From contig MU058540.1 of NCBI GenBank assembly GCA_013265495.1, forward strand, positions 23,696-87,695: a DNA stretch of 64,000 nt. The letters are read 5' to 3'. The translations under genes and the position numbers were made by a program. This document shows, in pieces, positions 12,995 through 24,200 of the stretch. How positions within the stretch are numbered: position 1 is the first letter of the stretch; every line of letters begins with the position of its first letter. The notes beneath the pieces were generated by a model. The model was not told the origin of the DNA, searched no databases, and saw only the letters and a program-made list of their open reading frames with translations. This stretch comes from Vicugna vicugna (lineage: Eukaryota).

Positions 12995-15004
12995 TCCCTT
13001 TTCGAGGTCTTTACTGAATTTTTTCCTGTCTTTCATCTCAAGGTTGACTAGGTCTCTTACTCTACAGGCCCATTTGATCTGATTTCCCAGATCATGTTTC
13101 ACACCCAGTAACACAGGAGCAAACACAGTACTTTGCTACCTTATCTGAGGTTAATATTTCTCTCTTCCTTTTTTTCCTGTCCGTGGCCACTGCCACCCAC
13201 CCCCCCAAATCAGACTTCAATGAAAGTAATAAAATATATACCATCTGCCTTTCGTGTAGATTTGTTAGAACACAAATACAAAAAAGCAGATGTAAAACTT
13301 TACTCATTTTACTATTACTTTTAAAATTATGATGGCAAAATAAGGTAGCAGAAAGAAATTTTGAATATGAAAAGTACCAAAAGTCAAGATTGGTTCCCCA
13401 AATTTTTAATTTTTAAAGAGTTAACGGTGATAAAAGTAGCTTTCTTCTCCCCTCCTCACACATGAAGAGATAAGAGTTGTGTAGGCAGTAAAAGAAATGT
13501 CTGATAGGAGAATTGAGAATAAGAAAGCAGGTATCTGCAAAGGACCAAATATGTTGTCCTTACTTAGGGTTAGTAACAAAGGGAAAGGGGATGGGGTAGA
13601 AACCACAGAGGTATTTGGGGTCCATAGAACACAGGTGTAGTTTGCCTCATCTCCTACATGAATCCTGCCAGATACCCACATAGACTTCCCTGACGTGACA
13701 TGTCGGGGGCAGCAGAGTGAACAGGGCTGCAGGATGTCCCTAGGACAGTAAGCCTAAGCCAGGCTCGCTGAGTCCCTGTGCATCCTTATGTACCCAGCAG
13801 AAGACCCCACTAACCCCAGCCCCCTGCCCCTCGCCCTCCCGGCTAAGGGAAGCATCAGCCTATAAGCGAGAAATCCCAGCAGGAACAACACAGTTGAGGT
13901 AATGTAGCAGCGGCTGTGGGTGCCGCCTCCTCCCCTGGATTCATTGTCTCCTAGTGGAGATTTGTGCAGAGGGAATGGATCAACAGATGGGATTCTCTGG
14001 CTCTCCTCAGTGTGTCCAGGGCCTCACTCTTGAGAGTGTATGTGACTTGACTTGGAGTCATTTTGCCCTTGGATAGGTTTTAGGCACATTGCCTCAGTAT
14101 TTCTGCTCTGCAGTTACTGAGTCTACATTGCATCTCGGACGTATTAGGGAACAGCTATAAAATGTATAAGATTGTCCCTGTCCATGCTATCTGTCGGTGA
14201 GCTTGAAATGTAATTAGGAAAAAAAGACACAATATGAACACAATAATTGATATAACATAGTTTGGTGCAAAGAAACCTAACTCCAAACCCAGCACTTTGT
14301 AGCTAGTAGTTTAAACTTTAGAACATGGATTACGTATGTAACATTTATGAGCCTTATGTTTCCTATCTATAATATGGTAACAATAATACTTCCCTTGCAG
14401 AGTTACTGACAGAATTTGAATAATCTTGTTATATAGGAACATAGAAGTATTCATACAGAATATAGAAATACATTTTACAAAAACATTGCTAGTTATATGT
14501 ATAATTAATTTATTTAAAAGAGTGAATTATATTATATAAAAAGCACTTTTTAAGCCCCTTAAAGGCTTAGGAGATCCAAATGTGGAGCTATAGATGAATT
14601 TCATGTTATTGGAGAACTTTATTCCTCTCCACAATGAAGGCGGCTGAGATTGGATTAGGCTGAGAGAATAGATAGGGTGCACTGTTCAGTGGCATGTCAG
14701 TGGTGAAGGGGTTGCTAAGAGAACTCTTAGGGCAAGTTGTAATATTGGACTCTGGGTCCTTACTCTCTAATGAAAGATGTGTCCCCTCCTTATGGCCTGT
14801 AAAGTTTTAGTCACGCTATGATACAAGCAACAAATCTTTAGCCATGTTTACTGTGAGGAGAAGGTGTAAAAGTTGCCTGTGAGGTAGAAGCAAGAGAATT
14901 ATTTAAATTGCAGACTAGGAATTAGTAAATGCAGGGAATCTGGACCAGAGGTGATCATGGAAATGCAGGTGATAGAGCACAGAGGATTTTTAGGGCAGAG
15001 AAGC

Positions 15005-15295
15005 TACTCTGTATGGTACTGCAATAGTGGATACATGTCATTATACATTTTTCCAAATCCATAGACTATGGAACGCCAAGTGCAAATCCTAATGTAAGCT
15101 ATGGACTTCGAGTGATTGTGACATGTCATTGTAGGTTCATCAATTATAACAAACGTACCACTCTCGTAGGGGGTGTTGATAATGGGTGAAGTTATGCATA
15201 GTGGGGGCAGGGGATATGTAGGAAATCTCTGCAGCTTCAATCTAATTTTGCTACGAACCTAAAACTGCTCTAAAATAAGTGTATTTAAAACAATA
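15005..15295 (+). mobile_element. L1MC-like 3' end fragment
   Basis: gtggatacatgtcattatacattt...caaatcctaatgtaagctatggactt...gaacctaaaactgctctaaaataa resembles the L1MC 3' terminus. Confidence 0.65.
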
Positions 15296-18200
15296 ACATA
15301 AAAGATTAGCCATTATGATTTCAAATGTATGAAATTAAAATTTTAGTATAGAAAAAAGGTAGGTCATCTAAAAAATACACTAATGTGCTGAGAATATTTT
15401 GGCAATGGAATTTCAAATAAATGTTATGTAAATATAATGATTCATGAGCTGACAACCCAGAATTTTGTATATGTGTGTTTATGTATGTGTCTTATAGTAA
15501 TACGGGGTTATATTGATGGCCTTATCACCAGTGTCCCAGAAATATACAAACGCTGCCCTACTAAGACTCGTTCCCTATGAAGTACTAAGGGAAGCAAATT
15601 TCATGGTAGCTGCATTTTATTAAAGAGATTCATTCATGAAGACTTCATAATTGCTTAAAATAGCAATCAAAATTAATTCTAAAGAATAAAAGCAAATATT
15701 TATTTTTATCACTCAAAAGTTAAAAGTAGTATCACCATATGACATTACTATAAATGAAGTTGGAAATCAGCCTTCATGATATTAAATTATGTGATTCTTG
15801 AACAATTATTTGAGTTTTTTAATTATTTCAGATTGCATGCATAAAGTATGACTATTAATATTTAATATCATGCCATTTTAAATTTACAAAACTGAAAATC
15901 ACATAAAATATATCAGGTATGTACTTGCCAACTAAGGATTTTGAAGGATTTAATATTACAAATCAAGTACTTCACACATAGCCTGGCACATAGTAAGCAG
16001 TCAGTAGATGTTAACCATCAGTGTTACTGTTATTTCTGAAATCCAAACCACAATCCCATGGTAAATTACATCACAAGGATGCAGCCAACTAGATCCAGCA
16101 TATGGAAAGTTCTACTGGATAAACAACTCAATTTCTTCAGCAAATAATTTGCCAAGAAATATTTCCACCAAATCCTAGACTTTGTCTGGATTTATATTCA
16201 AACAAAAGAACTATTAAAAAATTCTTGTAAGGCAACAGGAAAATGGAACACTGAACCTATGAAGGAATTATTTATCTAATTTTAGATATGGTAGTGACAT
16301 TATACTTGTTATGTTTCTAAAAAGTCATTATATTTTATATTTTCATAATAAAATATTTATGAATAAGTGATATGACTCTGAGATTATCTTCCAAATAATC
16401 CAGTGTGCATGTAAGATAAATAGCTGGATTTTCCATGACTTGATAACTGTAAAGCTGGACAGTCAATGCATAGTACTGTTCTCTTTAATACTGCATGTAG
16501 CTGTATATAGTTGAAATTTTCCATAATACAAAGTTTTCAAAAAAAGTATTCTGGGAAAGCCAAAAAGGTAGGCAGAGAAGCATTCTGTGTGAAGTTCTGT
16601 TGGTTTTTAAAGTTTTCCTCATTTTTATCACATTTAGGAACCCTTGAGTAGACAAATGCTCATCCAGACTATAGAAATCTTTCAGAAGTGTAACTCTAAA
16701 AATATACATGCAACAAGGAATAATAACAAAGGAAAGCAAAGTAAGGCTCCCTTTATCATTGGTTGGATTAATCCCCAAATTTTATTAATATGATCATTAA
16801 GTCAACCCATAATGCAAAAATGGTCATTGAGTACCAGTGCTGTTAAATATGCCATACTATGTTCTCAGTGTATTAAAATAATGTGGAAGATATAATCATT
16901 GCCTTCAGAAAACTTACACTCCAGTGGGAGGAAATATACACATAAGAAATAATTCCACAAAGGTATAATCATAAAGTCTGTAGAATTTATAATAGAAAAG
17001 AACAAGATAATAGGAGAGTGTATTGCACAGACACCAGGTTTAATTTGGTGGAGTTTAGAGGATACTTGAAGAAATGTATCTTAAGATGAAATAAAATGGT
17101 GTGTATTATGTGAAGAACAAGGTTAAGAGCGGCAGAGCAAATGTTTGAGAAAAATTTGCAATATGAAAGAGAAGGTGAAAATAAAACGAAAAATATCACA
17201 GACTTAGACAAGAAAGTTCATGTAAGAGCAAACAAACTTGTTTAAACAAAATCTAATCAGAATTATTAGAAAATATATTGCATGTATGAAAGAAATAATG
17301 GAGGCTAAAGATGGAAAAGTTAGTACAAAGTTTGGAAAATTAAACCAAGAAAATCTCCCTGAAATTAAAAAAAAAGACAAAGAAATTTAGTATATAGCAG
17401 AAAAGATAAGACATAGAGAATAGACCCAGGAAGTCCATTGTTGTTACATCAAGTAACAGAGCTGGAGAGAGAAACAGAGAAAATTAAGAAGGAATATTAC
17501 CAAAGCAATCAATAAGAGGAAATTTTCAGATATAAAGGATCTAATTGTTTAAATGGAAGGGGAAGGAGACTGTCAGATATTTAGCAAAATTAATGAAAAA
17601 AGACTCATTCCTAAATACATTATTTAAAAATTTTCAGAACCACAAGGTTTAAAAGAAGACCATAAACTATCCTACTGTGGGAAGAAATAAAACAAACTGA
17701 CAACAGACAAAAACTCAGACTGCCACATACTACTATCATTAAGACAATGAGAAAGGTCTGGGAGTTCCAAAGGAAAATATAAATTTGTTTTCCATTAATA
17801 AATGTATACCTTTTCAGAGTCACATATACCTTTTCAAAATCATGATCAGCCATGAAGAAAGGGTTAAAATACTGTTAAGACATGAAAGGATACAAATTTA
17901 CTTACCATACATAGTTTTATTGGAAGTTGATTAAGAATATGACTTAGTAAAGTGAGGTTGTTATCCAAGAAACAATGGATTCAACCCAGGACATCACTGA
18001 ACAGAGATCCTACTACTGCAGCTCCAAGGCAAGTGTAAGATGCTTGACTACATAAGTGATATTTATACAGTGATAAACAACCTTTTTTCCAACTTTAAGA
18101 ATTAATCTATGGGCAATGCCCAAAGACAATTATTGTTAGAGCAGAATGACAGTATTTTCAACTTTGACAATATTCTAAAAAGGGCAAATACCTCAGTTTG

Positions 18201-18859
18201 GTAAGTGGAAGCATGAAGGAGAGAGGGAATGAAGGGTAGCGATGCCAATACCTTCATCTTCCAAGAAGGAGTATAAGAGACGTTGGCCATTGAAGGGAAG
18301 AAGACACAAAAATAAATACACTTAAATTAAAATACAAACTGAGAGAAAAATTACAGAAGATGAAGTTGGGCTGTTATGCAGTCAGGAAAAGTGTCCTAGT
18401 TGAACCCTCAAGGAGTTCTGAAACTGCCAGAGCCCTTCACAGTTGACCCAAGTTAGCATGGGGTTCAGGACCTTTATACCCTGCAATGAGCAGTCATTGG
18501 AGATGAGTTCCCCTTGGAAGTGGAGTGAAACTGAGTGAGACAGCTCTCCTCACCTAAGGTAATTCCAAAGAGGCCAAAGAGCTGAGGGCTGTCAGACAGC
18601 GACATTCCCAGCAACTGAGGGAATAAAGCCTTCATTCCCAAAGGGAAGAATCTTGGTGGATCAGGACAGCATCCCCGACAGAAGCATTGTTCTAGTCATT
18701 GGGAATACAAATACTTTCAGGTGGAAGAAAACAAACAAAAAAATAAGTGTTTTTTAAAATGTATCATCTCAACTTTCATTAACGCAACTGACTCATCTTT
18801 CTAACTTACGAACTCTATTCCTTCAGTTAAACACCCCATTATAGTCAGGAAGTCTAAGG

Positions 18860-19160
18860 TTATGTTGCAATAAGACCTTAACCTGCAGTAAAAATTTAAT
18901 CTCAGTGGCTTAGATCAGTAAAGGGGACTCAATTCCACAGTCATTCAAGAGATTCAGGTTATGATTCAGAGTTTCGATGTCTTATACACTGTGACCTCAA
19001 CAATGGCTTTCATGCTTCCAGTAGTAGGGAAAGACAAAGCAGGGAGAGCCTACACCCACTTTTAAGTTCCATTGGCTGGTACCAGTCACATGACTCCAAC
19101 CTAACTGCAGAGGAGGCTGAGAAATGTACAGGGGCTTACGGAACATTGGTGTACACCACT
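18860..19160. mobile_element. MLT1-like (MaLR) LTR fragment
   Basis: ggttatgttgcaataa...aatctcagtggctta...cattggctggtaccagtcacatgactccaacctaactgcagaggaggctgagaaatg is characteristic of MLT1 LTRs. Confidence 0.55.
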
Positions 19161-19704
19161 GTCCCCAAAAGACATACCGTCTGATATGACTGGAGGTAAG
19201 ACCAGATGCTCATGACAAGCAGGTTGCTCTCTAGCACGTCTATACACTTTTCCCCAAAGTACATGGCTACTAAGTCTTGGATTTTTTTTTTTTTAGCAAA
19301 CTTGTTTGTAAAATATGTACTTGTTATTTTTAACTAAATTATCAATAAAAGATTACATTTCCCAATGAAATCTAGGTGCAAAAAAATAATTGTTTCTGTG
19401 AAATTGTCACTAGAAGAAAGAGAAGACTCTGACACTTTCATTAAGAAGGAATCTTCCAGCACGGGGCCAGTGCGACAACATGGAACTGTAATAATGTCAC
19501 AGAATACACTTCATCTTTCACCCCCATAATAGGGCTTATGTTTTAACTAGAAAAGTCAGAGCTCAATGTCTCCCTAAACTCTGAGTCTGGTTCAATCTCC
19601 AGCCCTGCCTCTTGCCTTTGCAGGGTCAAAATCAAAGAGCTACATATAGAGACCGAGGGCTCCCTGGACACCCAGCACAAGTCCTCCCAGTTTCCCCATG
19701 GTGT

Positions 19705-20525
19705 CACTCTCTCTTCACTCCTGTGAGTGACAATGAGCACCCTAAGGAAGATGACAAAGTCAGCTCAAAACCTCTGACCCCACTCAGCATCTTGCTCTGG
19801 ACAGATCCAGATTCTGACCTTAGAAAGCAGAATCTGGGGTCCCCACACTCTACAGTGTCCCTGGCCGATGACCTGTAGTACAGCCTGGGGTACAAGAGAT
19901 AAGAGTCCCAAGAAAGCCCAGTTCTCCATTCTTATCTCATCCAGGAGAGGGAAGTAACTGCCATTGGCTTCTTGTGTCCAGTGTGTGGCTGACGGAGTAG
20001 AGCAAAGGGGATGCCTGCTCCTCAGGGGCATAGCCATCCATAACCTCAGAGGTAAGTTTCTGTCTTAATGACAAATCCCAGAGACTGAGATGAAGACTAG
20101 CTTTCAGGACTGGGTCAATGCCTAAGGCGCCACAGTGCATAGTGACCTCCCTAACACCTGGGAAGGGAAATCATCATGAATAAACAGGTCATTATGTTCA
20201 CAGAAAAGTGGAGCTGTGTCCTCTGGGAATTCCAGCTCAGCAATGGTGTCAGGTGGCTGTGCAGGAGACAAGCAATGGGATGGATGTGAGTTGGCCCTAG
20301 AGCCAAAGACGGACCCTGGGGCCAGAGGGGGCTCTGCCACTTGTCTTGTGGGGTCCACAAGACACAATCTTCCCCTTATGCCACTCCACTTGGGGGGACT
20401 CTGGAGGCTGGGTGCTCCACGTGACAGGTGCAGAGATCTCCATGCTGGGAAGGCGTTTCTGAGAAATCCAGGCCCTGTTCTTAATAAAAGGGGTGGGCAC
20501 AATGCCGGCTGTCTGCACCCCACGT
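19705..20525 (-). pseudogene. Decayed DQB-like beta-chain remnant (3' part of exon 3 and TM exon 4)
   Basis: Minus strand ~20525-20380 reads QTAGIVPTPFIKNRAW...PQHGDLCTCHVEH/SLQSP/VEW with frameshifts and donor GT changed to AT (ataagg). ~19818-19705 reads SESGSVQSKMLSGVRGFEL then frameshifts. Post-exon-3 intron tgtggaccccacaagaca matches DQB tgtgggccccacaggaca. Confidence 0.85.
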
Positions 20526-20927
20526 ACAGGATGATGTTTCTGAGAGGTGGGCTTGTTACCAGTTAGAATCTCTCCTAAAATGATTAAAACTCTGATATAA
20601 ACGCTAGAAACACACAACAGAGACAGACTCATACACATACACACACACAGAGACAAAGATAAGATGTGAGGTGATGAGAAAGATGCAGAAAATAGAGAAA
20701 CAAAGAGACAACGAGATGTAAATAGTGACAAAGGTGTAAATAAAGAAAAATTGATTTTCTTTCTCCTCTGTCCACACCATGATGCTTCTAGTCTCCTTCA
20801 AGGAACAGTCCCTCCTTCTGGTCCCCAGTTGGTTGGGTCACCTCAAAAATATGTTCCTTCACTCTGTAGAAGTTTTCTACCTCTGCTCATTAAAGGAGGT
20901 TCAGAGGACAGATAACTCATCATCATG

Positions 20928-20933
20928 TTTAAT
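20928..20933 (-). terminator. Probable DQB polyadenylation signal ATTAAA
   Basis: tttaat on the + strand (ATTAAA on minus) about 330 bp after the DQB stop. Confidence 0.55.
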
Positions 20934-21260
20934 TATGGTAAAAAGCTCTATAATCAGGTAAATAGTTTCAATGAGTTTACCCACAGAGTCTGTTGGGTAA
21001 AAGTGGGAACAGAGAACCCCCTTGAGCTCCATGTAGATGCAGCTGGCAGGGCACAGGCAGAGGCTTGGGTCATGCAGGAGACAGCGTCACAGCCAGAGCC
21101 TCGAGGCGGGGGTCACAGGAAGGGACCAGGTGACTGCGTCAGAATCACCACAGGATCTGACCTCAGAGTGGGGCAGGCTGACAGGCAGCTTGGAATTCCA
21201 GGCAAGGACAAACAGGCATTACAGAAGAGCAAAAGCCAGTCCCAAAGTGTCCTCCAGGAG

Positions 21261-24200
21261 TCAGCGCACGAGCCCTGCAGAAGAGAGACAGTGATCAGCA
21301 CGCGGTACCCTGAGGGACGCACCCTCTCCTCTCCTCTCGGGGTCCCTGCAGCATCAGGCAGAGAGAGCTGAGGCCCAGGGCACATCGTCATCCCCCCTCC
21401 CAGTATCTGCAGGAAGGGGAATCAGCTAAAGAGGACACAGCACTTCAGCCTGATGAAAATGTGTGGGAGGCGGGGAGCGGCTGTTTTCCTTATGGGGGAT
21501 ACGAAGAGTTCAATCTTTTCAGTAAGTTTAATGATAACACAGCTTTTCCCGCTGCTTTCAGTCACTTATAAACGCCCACAGGTAGTGCCAACATGTGGCA
21601 CGAAGTGGGCACCATCCTCATGTCTAACACCCACACCAGATTTCTGGCTCCAAGTTTCACAGAAAGATGCCACCAAAGTCATGGCCCGGTCCTGGGGAAC
21701 AACTTCAGGTCTTCCTACAGAAAACTGCCCCCTAACTCCTGATCCCATAGCAGGGAACAGGCCATGAAGGAGACCACTGTGCCCAGGTACACTCACCTCA
21801 CACCCCGCCCTCCTTTGCCTGTCCCCCAAGCCCTATGCAATCAGAGTAGAAATATTGCGGCTTCTGGTGGAGGCCCAGGACATCCTACGAAAGGTCTCAT
21901 GACCCAAACAGCCAGTGCCTCACTCTCCCCAAAGGGAAATAAGATGAGCAACTTAGTTCAAAATATATTTCCTCCCTACACACAAGGTCTTAACTGCCCT
22001 AAAATAAAATCTCACAAAATGAATGAAACTGTTTCTAGAAGGAAAGGAAGCCAATGCTCTGACTGTCTTAATGAAGGAAGCTTTTGGGAAGGAGCCTGTG
22101 AGACAATGATGAAGTCTCTGATGGGAGGAAGTCCAAGGATAAACTCCAGCTGTCCCCTCTGTAAAGGGCTGCCTTTCCAATGTTAAAACCAGACCCCACC
22201 TTCTCCCTATGCTGTCCCGTTTCCTCCCACCACCAACTTAGCCTCCTTCCTTTCAGTCTCAGGAGGAAAGAGTCACATCTAGAGACAGAGGCCTCCCTGA
22301 ACAGAGGTCTCAGTCACAGCCCGTCGTCCCCCTCTCCCCAGAGTTCCTTACCCTTCTGGCTCCTGTGACGGATGAAAAGGCCCAGCCCGAGGAAGATCAG
22401 CCCCAGCACGAAGCCCCCAACACCACTCAGCATCTTGCTCCGGGCGGACTCAGACTGTGCCCCTGGGGAGCAGAGCCTGAGTGTCAGCACGTGTCCCCAC
22501 CTCCCAGGTGTCCCTTTGAGAAGCCCAAAATCCAGTCTGAGATACAGGAGGTGGAGGTGCCAGGGGAACCCAGTTCCCCATTCTGACCACCCCGAGGGGA
22601 GGGACCAGCCAACAGATCCCTGGACAGACTGGGCAGGTGGGAGAAGGGGAAGGCGGATCCCTGGTCCATACGGACACATCCATAACCTTAGACCCTAAGA
22701 GCCTGGTGACCAGTCAGTCCTGCAGAGCTGCGAGGGCTGGGCTCCGCAGCCAGGAAGTGTTGAGGGATCTCCCAGTATCTGGAAAGACCATGAGCTCAGG
22801 GTTCCTCTGATACCCACGCTATGAGGCTAGAGGCACTCTTGCCCCCTGTGATTTCCAGCTCAGTAGTGATGCTGGGGACAAGGGCTGAGGTGGGATGGAC
22901 CAGGGAAGCTCTGTCTGCCCCTGTCCTGTGGGGCCCACAGTGAAAGGAAACAAACTGTCTCTTACGCCACTCCACCTCGATGGGGCTCTGGAGGCTGGGG
23001 TGCTCCACGCGGCAGGTGTAGACATCTCCCTGCTGGGGAGTCATTTCCAGCATCACAAGGATCTGGTAGGTCCAGTCCCCATTCCTGATAAGAGGGGTGG
23101 ACACGACGCCGGCTGTCTCCTCCTGGTCATTGCGGAACCACCGAACTTTGATCTGACTTGGGTAGAAATCTGTCACCGAGCAGACCAGCAGGTTGTGCTG
23201 GTTTAGAGCCTCTGTCCTGGTTGTGGAGATGGTCACTGTGGGTTCCACTGAGGGGAAAAGACATAGTGAGATGTGAAAGCACATAGAAAATCTCCCCACG
23301 GGGAAAAGTCCTTCCTTAGTACCCGGTGGAAATATCCCTGGATTCCAAGTCATGGGTTAGGATCCAAGCTGGGCCACTTTATTAGCCTGAATAAATGCAT
23401 TAGTCAGTTTACTTTTCAGAGTCTCAAGAGATAGTTGTAATCATTCTATGAGAGTTACTGTGTTGATACTAATTGATAAAAATTAAGTATTTTAAAATTA
23501 TAAATTGCTATATTATACAGGCCATTGTTTGTAAACATTTTTTTAAAAATGGGTGGGGGTATAGCTCAGTTGGTAGAGCGCATGCTTAAACTGCACGAGG
23601 TCCTGGGTTCAATCCCCAGTAGCTCCATTAAAAAAATAAAATTTAATTTAGAAATAAAAATTAAAAATCTGGACTTGTTTCCCCCTACATCTTATGAAGG
23701 TGGCCATCAGAATCAGCTCTAGTGACTCATGCTAGGACAATGACACTGCTTTCAGTCCCAATGGTCCCCACAGGAGAGAAAATCCAGCAGCTTTGACTCC
23801 CACCTGCAGGCCATGAGATGAATAGCACTAGTCATAGACCCAGGAATACAACGTGGACTGAGAATTTTAAAAGTATAGACATTTCCACGCGCAGTGAAGT
23901 AGGACAACAGTGACCATCACATCCTTCCTACAAAGTAATGCTTCTCAAACAGAGTGTATCTATAATTCTCAGCCCTCTAATACAGAATCTGAGAGCAAGA
24001 ACACTTCTTACATGCTGCCATTTTCAGAATGTCTATCACCACAGTGGATGGTGATGCTGGGGGAGTGGGGATGAGGAGACAGACCAGGCAGGGTTTAGGC
24101 CAAAAGAAACCTGAAACAATTTTTATTCAATAATTATCGGCATCAACTTACTTAGCCCAAAACTTCAGCCCTTTTTACTGTGCCATTTGTTGAGCTTTTC

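Noticed and set aside
22796..22965. Read-through of DQB exon 3 into the intron as a soluble isoform (likewise 53214-53365)
   Set aside because: Strong GT donors are present; short read-through to a stop is expected by chance and there is no further evidence.
23555..23627. Functional tRNA gene
   Set aside because: The anticodon loop differs from tRNA-Ala, and the A-rich tail plus TSD indicate a retroposed SINE.
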